DNA from: Promethearchaeia archaeon
GTDB taxonomy: Archaea; Asgardarchaeota; Lokiarchaeia; Sigyniarchaeales; SOKP01
Assembly (NCBI GenBank): GCA_029856045.1
Contig: JAHQWG010000016.1
Span: 320,001-384,000 of the forward strand
Length of the DNA stretch: 64,000 nucleotides
Direction of reading: 5' to 3'
The notes beneath the pieces were generated by a model. The model did no database searches. It had not been told where the DNA came from and was given only the letters and a program-made list of their open reading frames with translations. The position numbers and the translations under genes are program-made. This document shows, piece by piece, positions 19,271 through 29,079 of the stretch. Position 1 is the first letter of the stretch; every line of letters starts with the position of its first letter.

Positions 19271-19352
19271 CGCAGATGGAGGGATTTGAACCCCCGAGCG
19301 CTTGCGCGCACTGGCTCTCAAGGCCAGCGTCTTACCACTAGGCTACATCTGC
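19271..19352 (-). tRNA. tRNA-Ser(TGA)
   Basis: GCAGATG/CATCTGC acceptor, CTGGC-CTTGAGA-GCCAG anticodon arm, long variable arm, GGGGG-TTCAAAT-CCCTC, G73. Confidence 0.95.
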
Positions 19353-19465
19353 ATTTACTTAAAATTAATAATAACTTAAATTAATTTTTCTTTTTTTTCA
19401 AATCTCTGATAAGGAAATTAGTGTTAAGATTACCAGTCCTTAAAAAAGAATATTTTGTATTTTTT

Positions 19466-20341
19466 CTATTTATCCTTTTTCTCTTTTTTTCTCTTTTTTG
19501 CATTCTTCTGCTGTTCTATTATGACATTACTTATAAATTGCGTTGTAGAATATGCAGATTCTGCTTCTCCAAGAGATATATCCTTTATGTCTTCAATTTG
19601 TGCTTCTTCTTCTGTAAATCCCATTTCATCCATTACATATTTTGCCGCACTTGATTTGTGTCTTGATGTTCGTAATTCAGCTCGCTGTAAATAGTAATGA
19701 CTAGTCATATGTAGGATTGTTCCACCATCTCCATAAGAAAAAGTAATTACAATAGGTGCTTCTCCGTATTTTTTTTCCATTTCTCTACTGGCTATAAGTA
19801 CTTTAACTTTTTCTTTATTAATTATCATAATTGGATAAGATAAACTCTCTAACCACCAAATGGGGTCAGCATCCGCCTGGAATAAACCTTCGAGAAATTT
19901 ATTGCTTTTATCTACAACTTCAACACTTACACAATCATCTCCCGTAGGTCTTTGATTATACTTTACGTATTCAGGAAAAATTTTTTCTAAAACATTCAAT
20001 AAGGCCCAATCTGTAGTAAATAAGAATCCTCCCTTTTTAACAAATTGCTCAATTTTCTGCAGCCCTTTATCATCAATATTTCCAGGACAGTTAATAATTA
20101 AAATTTGATCAGGACGTAAATTAATCTGATTAACATCATTTGGCTGAATTAATATATAAGGAACTTTTATTAGATCCAATACAAGTTCGATTTTATCATA
20201 ACTCCCAGCAACAATGATTATAGATGATTCTTCAACTTGCTTTAATACCTCTAAATCCATTGGACGCTCTTTTTCCATTCTTTTTTCCATTATTTTAGAA
20301 GAAGCTTGATATGCTTTTTTCATTTTATCATAACTTCCCAA
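19466..20341 (-). CDS. Conserved hypothetical protein, possible class-I glutamine amidotransferase-like alpha/beta fold
   Basis: 291-aa ORF; LIINCPG, FVKKGGFLFTTDWA, WWLE, GTILHMTSHY. Confidence 0.7.
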   Translation of the reverse strand: MGSYDKMKKAYQASSKIMEKRMEKERPMDLEVLKQVEESSIIIVAGSYDKIELVLDLIKVPYILIQPNDVNQINLRPDQILIINCPGNIDDKGLQKIEQFVKKGGFLFTTDWALLNVLEKIFPEYVKYNQRPTGDDCVSVEVVDKSNKFLEGLFQADADPIWWLESLSYPIMIINKEKVKVLIASREMEKKYGEAPIVITFSYGDGGTILHMTSHYYLQRAELRTSRHKSSAAKYVMDEMGFTEEEAQIEDIKDISLGEAESAYSTTQFISNVIIEQQKNAKKRKKEKKDK

Positions 20342-20491
20342 AAATCACACCACATTCATTTTATATTACTTTTAATTAATAATTTCTCATATATTTAAAA
20401 ATCTATTGCTAATTATATTCAAAATTCTGGATTTCTCTCAAAAATTATTTATTCTATCTTTCATTATCTAAGGTGTAAATGGAGGATTACA

Positions 20492-20968
20492 ATGGCAGAT
20501 AATTTTAGATATTTAATTCCCGAAAAGATTTATGATGATATCATACAAAAAGTCTCTGATGCATTGCCCTATATATTACGTGGTTGGGTCTTTGCTGATA
20601 GACGAGGAAATTTCGGAATTGTTAATAGAATTCATGTTGAAAATGAAAAAATGAGGTCAAAAGCACATAAACGGCCGAGAAGCTGGATGCGATACAAAAA
20701 AGCGAAAATCTACAATATGCGTAAGTTTAAACAAGATGAAGGAATCGACATAGCTTGGGAGTGGCATTCACATCCTTCAGGAAATGAGAAACTTCATATG
20801 ATCGATAAACAAATTCTTAACTATCTTTCTATGGGTGTCATGATTATAATTTGCCCAAAACTCAAATCCAACGATGATAAAGGTTCATTTATAGGTTGGT
20901 ATTACGATAAAAGGACAACAAAAAAACCCATCATTGATAAAATGGTATTCGAAATAATTTCTGAATAA
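20492..20968 (+). CDS. JAB/MPN (JAMM)-domain protein with divergent active site
   Basis: WEWHSHPSGNEKLHMID matches HxH-x7-(S>H)-x2-D; GGAGG SD upstream. Confidence 0.8.
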   Translation: MADNFRYLIPEKIYDDIIQKVSDALPYILRGWVFADRRGNFGIVNRIHVENEKMRSKAHKRPRSWMRYKKAKIYNMRKFKQDEGIDIAWEWHSHPSGNEKLHMIDKQILNYLSMGVMIIICPKLKSNDDKGSFIGWYYDKRTTKKPIIDKMVFEIISE

Positions 20969-21151
20969 TTTTTTTCAATATTCCCAATTTTTTATTTTAT
21001 TTTATGTAATATTTTAATTATTAATGATATTATATCTATTATTTATCAAGAAGTAAAAAGATATTTGCACGATGGTAAGTGTATATTTTTGGTATAGCAT
21101 TAATTTAGAATGCAATGAGTTATGATAAAGATATAAATGGTTTTGGAGTTT

Positions 21152-21236
21152 TGGCGCAGCCGGTGGGATTTGAACCCACGCAGGTTTCCCCACTGGATTA
21201 GCAGTCCAGCGCGCTACCAGGCTACGCGACGGCTGC
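21152..21236 (-). tRNA. tRNA-Ser(GCT), CCA encoded
   Basis: GCAGCCG/CGGCTGC acceptor, CTGGA-CTGCTAA-TCCAG, long variable arm, GTGGG-TTCAAAT-CCCAC, G-CCA. Confidence 0.96.
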
Positions 21237-21369
21237 AACCGAAAATATTCTCGTTTCTTAAAACTTAAGATAACTTAAAACTATTCTTAAGTAATAATAA
21301 TAAAAGTTTTTTATTATTTAGTTTTATATAGTCTAGATTAATTAAAGATTTTTTGAAAAGAAGCAGATG

Positions 21370-21441
21370 GAGCCCGTGATCTAGAGGTATGATGCCAGGT
21401 TTACACCCTGGATATCGAGGGTTCAATTCCCTCCGGGCTCA
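21370..21441 (+). tRNA. tRNA-Val(TAC)
   Basis: GAGCCCG/CGGGCTC acceptor, CCAGG-TTTACAC-CCTGG, GAGGG-TTCAATT-CCCTC, A73. Confidence 0.95.
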
Positions 21442-21454
21442 CTATAAATCTAAC

Positions 21455-22237
21455 CTAGTTCAATAAGTTCCTAAATTTTAGAGGTCTGATTGCACTTAGT
21501 TTTGAGAATTTTAATTTTTTTCCGATATGAGCAATAATACCAGGTGCGTTTGTGTCTTCTTTAAGAATAATGATATTTTCTAAGAACCCTAATTTTTTTA
21601 TTGTGATCACATCTTGGGTATGTCCTGTTATTGCTATTGCTTTTTTTACTTGAGCTCTAGTAGAGCCAGAAACAAATACCCTCTCTAACTTATCTAGAAA
21701 CCAATTGTTAATCATTTCTAATGTGTCTTTAGCAATAAGTCCCCGAATCTCTTTCTTACTTTGGGAAATTTCTTCAACTTTTACATGGATTGGAAAATTA
21801 TCAATGAAACCAAATGAGTCTATTATCTTTCTAAGTGAGTTTTTTTTACCTCTACATAATTGATTCCTTAGGGAGTGAAGATTAATTAATACATCGGTCG
21901 TTGGATATCTAATACTGCAATCAATAAAAATACCAAAACCAACTTTTTTTACACCAATTAAATATCCTTTTAAAACATCTCCTTTATGGATTTCATTAAA
22001 CCTAATTGTTGAGCCAATTTTTTGTTTTAACAAATTTTTAAAGAATTCCTCATCTTGCCCTTCAATTTTTATTTCAAGACGTTTTTCTTTTTTTCTATAA
22101 GCCTCAATTTCGATATTTACAGCCAATTCTCCTATTTCATTAGATAACATTTGTAAATACCTGTGAAAGAGGGAGTTAAAATCAGGATTTGGATCATAAC
22201 TATAAATTTTTTCGGCCAAAATAAGTTTTTGAACCAT
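21455..22237 (-). CDS. DUF2110 family archaeal protein (S1-like domain)
   Basis: GYLIGVKKVGFGIFID, GHTQDVITIKKLGFLE, TNAPGIIAHIG. Confidence 0.8.
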   Translation of the reverse strand: MVQKLILAEKIYSYDPNPDFNSLFHRYLQMLSNEIGELAVNIEIEAYRKKEKRLEIKIEGQDEEFFKNLLKQKIGSTIRFNEIHKGDVLKGYLIGVKKVGFGIFIDCSIRYPTTDVLINLHSLRNQLCRGKKNSLRKIIDSFGFIDNFPIHVKVEEISQSKKEIRGLIAKDTLEMINNWFLDKLERVFVSGSTRAQVKKAIAITGHTQDVITIKKLGFLENIIILKEDTNAPGIIAHIGKKLKFSKLSAIRPLKFRNLLN

Positions 22238-22308
22238 CTTTAAGTGAAATAAACCTACATTTTTAAAGAAATTTTCGTATAAAATTAATATAATTTTGAG
22301 GAATTAAT

Positions 22309-22686
22309 TTGAACGAATCAAAGTTTATTCAACTCGTTGATAAATTGAAGGAGGAATACGATGAAATAAAAGAAATTTTTCTCCTAGATTCCTTAGGAAA
22401 TATTATTTTTAAATCGGAGAATTTTAGTTTAAGTGAAAACGAGGCAAAAGAGATATTATATGCTTGGAAAAACAAAAAATCCTTTTTAAATTTTATGGGA
22501 AATCGTTTTCCAATTGTAAAATGGGCTGAGATTCAGCTAGCTGCAAAAAATATACATGGAGAAGGAAGTATATGTGGGTCAATCACTCCTGAGGGTGAAT
22601 ATTTTATTGCTCATATTCAAGAAAGTAAAGATTTACTTCTAATTGAATGGTCCATAATGATTAATAAACAAGTATGGGAAAAATAA
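22309..22686 (+). CDS. Asgard profilin-like protein (eukaryotic signature protein)
   Basis: 125 aa; helix-IFLLDSLGNIIFKSENF...AW...FMGNRFPIV...LAAKNIHGEGSICGSITPEG-helix pattern resembles lokiarchaeal profilins. Confidence 0.65.
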   Translation: MNESKFIQLVDKLKEEYDEIKEIFLLDSLGNIIFKSENFSLSENEAKEILYAWKNKKSFLNFMGNRFPIVKWAEIQLAAKNIHGEGSICGSITPEGEYFIAHIQESKDLLLIEWSIMINKQVWEK

Positions 22687-22871
22687 TTTCCATCAACTAT
22701 AAATATTAATCACATTTATCCCAACTTCAAAATCAAAAATGTTTTTATATTTTATTTTAAAAAATTTTAAATTTTTTAATTTATATAATCCCTTAATAAG
22801 AAAAAGTAATAAAAAAATCTGAGAAAAATTAATAATAATTTTAAAAATTAAAATTTGGAGGAAAATTATAT

Positions 22872-23585
22872 ATGTTTGCTCAGCCAGGAAAAGGGTATGA
22901 TATGGCAATAACACAATTTTCTCCTGAAGGGAGATTATTCCAAGTAGAATATGCAATAGAGGCTGTACGCAGAGGTACTACTGCAATTGTTTGTAAAAAT
23001 GATGAGTCAGTAGTATTTGCTGTGGAGAAAAAATTTTCTAAACTTCAAGAACCGTGGGGTTCTGAAAAAATTTTCAAGATTGATGATCATATTGGAATTG
23101 CGATTAGTGGCTTAACCGCTGACGCTCGTGTTTTAATTGATAAAGCACGAATTCAAAGTCAAGTAAATATTTTGAGTTATGATGAAAAAATCTCTGTAAA
23201 AGATGTAACATTACATATTTGTGAATTTAAACAAGCATATACCCAAAATGCCGGCGTAAGACCATTTGGAGTATCTTTTCTAATCGGTGGTGTTGATTCG
23301 AATGGTCCCTCAATTTATTTAACCGACCCTTCGGGGGCGTCTTGGGGGTATAAAGCTCAAGCAATTGGTAGTGGAGCTACAGAAACTCGAGCTTTTTTAG
23401 AAAAAAATTATAAAAATAATTTGAGTGATGAAGAATTATTACTCCTCCCATTAAAAGCTCTACGCGAGATGATGGGTGATGATTTAAACCTTAATACATT
23501 TGATATTGGAGTAATTATGAGGGACGATCGTTTATTTAGGATGATGAACGAGAAAGAAAAGAAGGAATTATTAAATAAAGTCTAA
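22872..23585 (+). CDS. psmA: 20S proteasome alpha subunit
   Basis: GYDMAITQFSPEGRLFQVEYA, GVRPFGVS, TDPSG. Confidence 0.97.
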   Translation: MFAQPGKGYDMAITQFSPEGRLFQVEYAIEAVRRGTTAIVCKNDESVVFAVEKKFSKLQEPWGSEKIFKIDDHIGIAISGLTADARVLIDKARIQSQVNILSYDEKISVKDVTLHICEFKQAYTQNAGVRPFGVSFLIGGVDSNGPSIYLTDPSGASWGYKAQAIGSGATETRAFLEKNYKNNLSDEELLLLPLKALREMMGDDLNLNTFDIGVIMRDDRLFRMMNEKEKKELLNKV

Positions 23586-23672
23586 ATAAAATCACAATAA
23601 TTTTGTTCTAAGTTTTGATTGGCAATATCTAGAAGTTTTAAAGATATAATTTTATTAATTTAAAAAAAGAAA

Positions 23673-24464
23673 ATGCTTAGAGACAGAGCTAGAATCGAAT
23701 TAGGAAATCATGTCATTGGAAGAATTGAAAAAGGCAATAAAACATTTGAAATGCTTTTAGATTCTGAAAAAGCATGGGCTGCTAAAAAGAAAATCAGAGA
23801 AGAAATTGAAAAAAAAATAAAAAAAGGGGATATTAAAACACGGTTAACTATTGATGATCTATTAAAATTTCAAGGTATTAATCTAGATTTAATTTTTGAG
23901 AGTTTTTCTGTTTTTGAAGATTTAAAAAGAGGTAAGAAAGCCCTTGATTCAGATATGCAAGATTTGCTTCAAACAACAGATCCCATGAGAATAGGAGCTG
24001 AAATTCTATTAAATGGTCAAATTCAATGGACTCAAAAGCAAAGAGAAGAGGAATCTCAAAAGAAAATGAAACAAATTATAAATTTAATAGCAAAAAATGC
24101 AATTAATCCTCAAAATAAGAAGCCTCATCCTCCAGAGAGAATTGAAAAAGCAATTGAACAATCTAAAGTAAAAATTGATATCATGAAGAATGCTGAAGAG
24201 CAAGTTGAAGACATTGTAAAAGCAATTCGGTCAATCATCCCAATTCGAATCGAACAAGTGCAATTGGCAATAAAAATACCTTCATCCTTTGCCGCAAAAG
24301 GTTATAATATGGTGGCTAGATATGGTGCTATAAAAAAAGAAGAATGGCAATCTGATGGATCCTGGGTATCAATTATTGATCTTCCTGCAGGACTGCAAGC
24401 TGAATTTTTAGATAAAATGAATAAATTAACCCATGGACGAGTACAAATAAAACCATTGAAATAA
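23673..24464 (+). CDS. SBDS/Sdo1 ribosome maturation factor
   Basis: NPQNKKPHPPERIEKA, EEWQSDGSW, PAGLQ, THG; position in the exosome superoperon. Confidence 0.93.
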   Translation: MLRDRARIELGNHVIGRIEKGNKTFEMLLDSEKAWAAKKKIREEIEKKIKKGDIKTRLTIDDLLKFQGINLDLIFESFSVFEDLKRGKKALDSDMQDLLQTTDPMRIGAEILLNGQIQWTQKQREEESQKKMKQIINLIAKNAINPQNKKPHPPERIEKAIEQSKVKIDIMKNAEEQVEDIVKAIRSIIPIRIEQVQLAIKIPSSFAAKGYNMVARYGAIKKEEWQSDGSWVSIIDLPAGLQAEFLDKMNKLTHGRVQIKPLK

Positions 24465-24553
24465 TCTAATATAAGATCAGCAATGGATCTTTTCATAGAA
24501 TTTATTATTACTTTTTCTTAGTAAATAATTAATAAAAAAAAATAGAAGGTGAT

Positions 24554-25312
24554 TTGACTGTGGAAATTGAAGATATTGAGGAAATTGACAACGTTCAAAT
24601 GAAAGATAAAGAAATAGTTATTCCAGGAGAAGTTTTATCAGAAGATTTAACTAATTTTACTCCAGGAAGAGGTACTACAAAACAAGGCAAAAAAATTATC
24701 TCTTTATTTGTAGGGCTTAAAGTTATTAGAAAGAATTATATTAATGTTATTCCATTACGTGGAATATATACTCCTACTGAGGGAGATAAGGTTATTGGCG
24801 TAATAATAGATAAAAATCCTGTAAAATGGACATTAGATATTAATGCTAGAAATTGTGGAATTTTAAAACCAAGTAATACAGTTGAGAGAACTCAAAAATT
24901 TAAAAAAGGAAAACCTGACAGAGTACGTGAAACAACTGAAAAATTCAATGTTGGGGATGTACTAATAGTAAAAATCACACAAGCGGATAGATTACATCGT
25001 CCAGAATTAACAACTCAAGGGAAATATTTAGGCAAACGAAATTCAGGAAAACTTATTGAAATCCCTCCCCCCAAAATACCAAGAATTATAGGACGAAAAG
25101 GCTCGATGATTAATCTACTAAAAAATATGACTAATTGTAATATTTTTGTAACTCAAAATGGAAGGATCTGGATACAGGGGGATAATTTTGAGCATGAAAT
25201 GTTATTAATTGATACAATCCACAAAATTGAAACAGAAGCTCATACTTCTGGTTTAACAGATAGAATTAAGGAATTTATTATAAATGAAAAAATAAAAAGA
25301 GGTATAAATTAA
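24554..25312 (+). CDS. rrp4: Exosome RNA-binding subunit Rrp4 (start may be GTG 24560)
   Basis: VIPGE, Y.P.EGDKVIG S1 domain, KH motif PRIIGRKGSM, NGRIWI. Confidence 0.95.
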   Translation: MTVEIEDIEEIDNVQMKDKEIVIPGEVLSEDLTNFTPGRGTTKQGKKIISLFVGLKVIRKNYINVIPLRGIYTPTEGDKVIGVIIDKNPVKWTLDINARNCGILKPSNTVERTQKFKKGKPDRVRETTEKFNVGDVLIVKITQADRLHRPELTTQGKYLGKRNSGKLIEIPPPKIPRIIGRKGSMINLLKNMTNCNIFVTQNGRIWIQGDNFEHEMLLIDTIHKIETEAHTSGLTDRIKEFIINEKIKRGIN

Positions 25313-26154
25313 TGAGTTTATTAATTAAGGATGAATCTCCAGAAAAGTTAATAGGAGAAGATGGTAAAAGGTTAGATGGTAGAGATTTAAATGAATTAAG
25401 ATCTATTAAGATGGAAGTTGGAGTAATTCCAAATGCAGATGGAAGTGCTTATATTGAATGGGGTGGCAATAAGATTTATGCTGCTGTGTATGGACCAAGA
25501 GAAGTTCACCCTAGACATGATGCACGTCCAGATAGGGGTATCTTAAGGACTTTTTATAGGATGACAACTTATAGTGTATCTGAAAGAAAAAGACCGGCTC
25601 CAGGAAGAAGGGAAAAAGAAATCTCACTGGTAATAAAAAATGCAATCGAGCCAGTATTGTTTTTAGAATTATACCCAGATTCAGCAGTAGAAGTATATAT
25701 TGAAGTAATATCAGCAGATGGAGGAACAAGATGTGCCTGTACTACAGTAGCTATCCTCGCATTAGTTGATGCTGGGATTCCAATGAGGGGTTTAATAACC
25801 GCAGTTGCTGCTGGTAAAGTTGATGGAAAACTTATTATAGATTGCAGTGGAGATGAGGATAAATCGGGAGAAGCTGATTTACCATGTGCAATTACATGGT
25901 ACAATAATCAAATTTCTTTATTACAATTTGATGGAATCATGGATCTCGAAGAATTCGATAGATCACTTGATCTAATAATGGAAGCTTTAGAAAAGATACA
26001 TAAATTGCAAGAAGAAGCTTTAAAAAAGAGATATATTGATGTTCGAAACAATTTAAAAAATTATAAGCCTGAAGTAGTTCCAACTAGTAATATTGAAGAA
26101 AAAATCGATTTAAATAACCAAAAAAATCAAAATGGAGGAGATCAAACAGAATGA
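25312..26154 (+). CDS. rrp41: Exosome catalytic subunit Rrp41
   Basis: RLDGR, ADGSAYIEWG, YGPREVHPRH, ADGGTR, EDKSGEADLP. Confidence 0.96.
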   Translation: MSLLIKDESPEKLIGEDGKRLDGRDLNELRSIKMEVGVIPNADGSAYIEWGGNKIYAAVYGPREVHPRHDARPDRGILRTFYRMTTYSVSERKRPAPGRREKEISLVIKNAIEPVLFLELYPDSAVEVYIEVISADGGTRCACTTVAILALVDAGIPMRGLITAVAAGKVDGKLIIDCSGDEDKSGEADLPCAITWYNNQISLLQFDGIMDLEEFDRSLDLIMEALEKIHKLQEEALKKRYIDVRNNLKNYKPEVVPTSNIEEKIDLNNQKNQNGGDQTE

Positions 26155-26990
26155 GTTTATCAAAAATACTTGTGTCGACTGAGAGAAAATATATATTGAA
26201 TAATTTAAAACGGGATAAAAGAATTGACGGAAGAGACTTATATCAATATCGTGATATAAAAATAGATAATAATATAGTAAAAGCTGCTGAAGGTTCTGCA
26301 GAGGTGCATTTAGGTAAAACATGTGTCATTACTGGTGTTAAATATGAATTAGGACCTCCATTTCCAGACATGCCTGATAAAGGGGTTTATACTGTAATGG
26401 CTGAATTAATTCCAATGAGTTGGGGCGCATTTGAAGGAGGTCCACCAGATGAACGAGCAATAGAATTGGCAAGATTAATAGATAGACCAATTAGAAGCGC
26501 AAAAACTATACAAAATGACATGCTGTGTTTAATTCCTAATAAATTAGTCTACATTATCTTTATTGATGTATATTCTATTAATTATTCAGGAAATTTAATC
26601 GATAGTGGAGCTATCAGTGCATTAACCGCTCTAGTTTCATCAAAAATTCCAACAGCTAAAATAGTGGACAAGGAAAAAGCTGAATTCGAATGGGATGGAG
26701 GTTATTTTAATACAAAGAAACTATTAAAAAATCTTCCAATATCTGTAACATTTGGAAAAATAGATGATGTAGTATTCGTAGATCCTAACTTAACAGAGGA
26801 ATTAGTAATGGATGGAAGAATAACTTATGCATTTGATGATGATGGAAACTTAGTTTCTTTACAAAAAGGAGGGTTAGCAACTTTTTCAATAGATGAAATA
26901 AAATCTCTAGCCCGAAAAGCTAAAGAACTTGGGGATAAACTACGAAAAGATCTAGATCTATGGCAATACCAGAATTTAAAAAATAAATAA
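26151..26990 (+). CDS. rrp42: Exosome subunit Rrp42
   Basis: RIDGR, AEGSA, PFPD.P.KG, GPPDERAIELAR, QKGG. Confidence 0.96.
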   Translation: MSLSKILVSTERKYILNNLKRDKRIDGRDLYQYRDIKIDNNIVKAAEGSAEVHLGKTCVITGVKYELGPPFPDMPDKGVYTVMAELIPMSWGAFEGGPPDERAIELARLIDRPIRSAKTIQNDMLCLIPNKLVYIIFIDVYSINYSGNLIDSGAISALTALVSSKIPTAKIVDKEKAEFEWDGGYFNTKKLLKNLPISVTFGKIDDVVFVDPNLTEELVMDGRITYAFDDDGNLVSLQKGGLATFSIDEIKSLARKAKELGDKLRKDLDLWQYQNLKNK

Positions 26991-27020
26991 GTTTTTTTTT
27001 AATTGTTCTTTTTTTATTTT
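26991..27020 (+). terminator. U-tract, candidate archaeal intrinsic terminator after rrp42
   Basis: GTTTTTTTTT...CTTTTTTTATTTT immediately after the stop codon. Confidence 0.35.
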
Positions 27021-27044
27021 AATTACTTAACTACGTACAAAATT

Positions 27045-27326
27045 ATGTCAAAAACGAAAAAAGTTGGCATTACAGGAAGATATGGAGCCAGATATGGTAC
27101 AACACTTCGAAAACGAGTCAAAAAAATAGAGGAACAATTACACTCTAATCCTAAATGTCCTAAATGCATTACTCCAGCAATCAAGAGAAAATCTACTGGA
27201 ATATGGTACTGTAAAAAATGCGGCTGTGAATTCACAGGAGGCTCTTACCAAATGGAGACACAAAGGGGGATTGAATCAAAAAGAATTACAAAAAGAAAAC
27301 AAAGAGAATTAGAAATTGAAGAATAA
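27045..27326 (+). CDS. rpl37ae: Ribosomal protein eL43 (L37Ae); start corrected to ATG 27045
   Basis: TKKVGITGRYGARYG, CPKC...GIWYCKKCG.EFTGGSY. Confidence 0.96.
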   Translation: MSKTKKVGITGRYGARYGTTLRKRVKKIEEQLHSNPKCPKCITPAIKRKSTGIWYCKKCGCEFTGGSYQMETQRGIESKRITKRKQRELEIEE

Positions 27327-27328
27327 TA

Positions 27329-27589
27329 ATGGATAATAACAATTTAAAAATCATTTCAAGAATTGAAATCGAATTTAAAGAAAATGAAATACGTGATATT
27401 TCTTATAACTCTTTTATTCCTGAACTATCTCAATTATCAAGAAAACGAACATCATTAAATATTGAAAAAGGTAAAAATTCCATAATTTTTAATTTAAAAG
27501 CAACTGATTTTACTGCCTTTCAAGCAGCTGTTTCAGATATTATAAATTTTGGAAAAATATTAGAAAAATCTAAAAAGTTATTAAAATAA
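27329..27589 (+). CDS. pcc1: KEOPS subunit Pcc1
   Basis: 86 aa; ...SFIPE...RTS...FNLKATDFTAFQAA pattern; canonical position before prefoldin beta. Confidence 0.75.
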   Translation: MDNNNLKIISRIEIEFKENEIRDISYNSFIPELSQLSRKRTSLNIEKGKNSIIFNLKATDFTAFQAAVSDIINFGKILEKSKKLLK

Positions 27590-27627
27590 TTTGTAATATA
27601 ATAAATAAAAATAGGTTAAATTAAACA

Positions 27628-27999
27628 ATGACAATCGATTTAAACTCACTTTCTGATGAACTAAAAAATAAATTACAAAATTACAATAATCTTATTCGAA
27701 CTCTCGAGTTTCTTACTCAACAAAGATTTGAATTAGAACGTGAATTGAGAGATGCTGAACTTGCAATCGGAGAACTAGATAAAACTGACTCTGATAAAGA
27801 AGTTTATAAGTCTATTGGGGGCATAATGGTAAAAAGTGAGAGAGACAGACTGTTGGATGAGAAAAAAAGTCAAAAAGCTTCACTTGAGCTAAAATTAAAA
27901 ACGATAACCCAACGAGAAGAACGAACAAAGACCCAATTAGAAACATTGAAAGTAGCATTAGAAAAAGATTTTAAGGATCAAGGAATAAGCCAATCTTAA
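27628..27999 (+). CDS. pfdB: Prefoldin beta subunit
   Basis: Coiled coils flanking the VYKSIGGIMVK hairpin. Confidence 0.93.
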   Translation: MTIDLNSLSDELKNKLQNYNNLIRTLEFLTQQRFELERELRDAELAIGELDKTDSDKEVYKSIGGIMVKSERDRLLDEKKSQKASLELKLKTITQREERTKTQLETLKVALEKDFKDQGISQS

Positions 28000-28006
28000 A
28001 TTAATA

Positions 28007-29038
28007 ATGATGAAGCTTAACTTAAATCAGCAAGTAAAAAGCTTAATTTCTTATATTAAAGAAAAAAAAATTATCATCACTACTCATGGTTTAGCAGATG
28101 TTGATGGAGTTGCATCAGCTTTTGCTTTAAAGCTTTTTTTAAATAAAATATTGAATCATTCGCTTATAGATTTAAGAATTCCAAAATGCACTAAGCCTAA
28201 TAAACAAATAATTAAAATAATTGAATCTATATGTGAATGTAATATTTTAAATACATCTGATACTGATTTCAAACCAGATATTTTACTCATTACTGATACA
28301 AATAATTATAACCAAATTAGATTTAAAGAATTAAATCTTAATTATCGGGACATTAAATCGAATTTAATATATATAGATCATCACAGAAAAGGAAATAATT
28401 TAAAAAATAAACCGCTGGACAAATACAATATCATCATGGATAATTACACTTCTGCTAGTGAGATAATTCTTGACATTATGAGACTTTTTAATATTAGATT
28501 GAATAAATGCATTTTACATCTATTTGCAGCGGCTATACTTACAGATACAGGTAATTTCAAATATGCAACTAATGAAACCTTTAGTCGATTTAACTTTCTT
28601 CTTCAAAAAGGATTAGATTATGAAATAATCCAGGGTATCCTTAAGATGGAAGTTGATGTTTCTGAAAAAATCGCAAAAATTAAGGGGAGTCAAAGAAGTA
28701 AATTAATTCGATATGGAGATTGGCTAGTATGTAAAACTCAAGTCAGTAATTATGAATCAAGTGTAGCAACATCGTTAATAAGTTTAGGTTATGATATAGT
28801 ATTAGTAATTTCACCTTCAAAAAAAAGCGATGCGTTTAGAATAACTGCAAGAGCAAATCAAAAAGTAACAAAAGAAGCTGGGATACATCTCGGAGATTTA
28901 TTTAATTCTATTTCCGAGATTAGCCTTGGAAACGGAGGAGGGCATAACGGGGCTGCGTCTCACGTTGGAAAAAAAAACCTTGATGAGACAATAGAAAATA
29001 TTTTTAGTTATTTTAAGAAAAAATTAATAGAAAAATAA
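28007..29038 (+). CDS. DHH/DHHA1 phosphoesterase (NrnA-like)
   Basis: TH..ADVDG, TD, IDHH, TDTG, GGGHNGAA. Confidence 0.9.
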   Translation: MMKLNLNQQVKSLISYIKEKKIIITTHGLADVDGVASAFALKLFLNKILNHSLIDLRIPKCTKPNKQIIKIIESICECNILNTSDTDFKPDILLITDTNNYNQIRFKELNLNYRDIKSNLIYIDHHRKGNNLKNKPLDKYNIIMDNYTSASEIILDIMRLFNIRLNKCILHLFAAAILTDTGNFKYATNETFSRFNFLLQKGLDYEIIQGILKMEVDVSEKIAKIKGSQRSKLIRYGDWLVCKTQVSNYESSVATSLISLGYDIVLVISPSKKSDAFRITARANQKVTKEAGIHLGDLFNSISEISLGNGGGHNGAASHVGKKNLDETIENIFSYFKKKLIEK

Positions 29039-29079
29039 TCTTAGAGAAAAATAATTAATTAATAATAATTGATTTTGAT

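Noticed and set aside
19421-19694. Two short plus-strand Phe/Cys-rich ORFs
   Set aside because: Antisense to the 291-aa gene; their composition mirrors its Lys/Glu codons.
21014-21238. 74-aa minus-strand ORF
   Set aside because: It overlaps tRNA-Ser(GCT); a translation artefact.
19150-21441. tRNA cluster as an integration site of a mobile element
   Set aside because: No integrase and no duplicated tRNA 3' end (att) found in the window.
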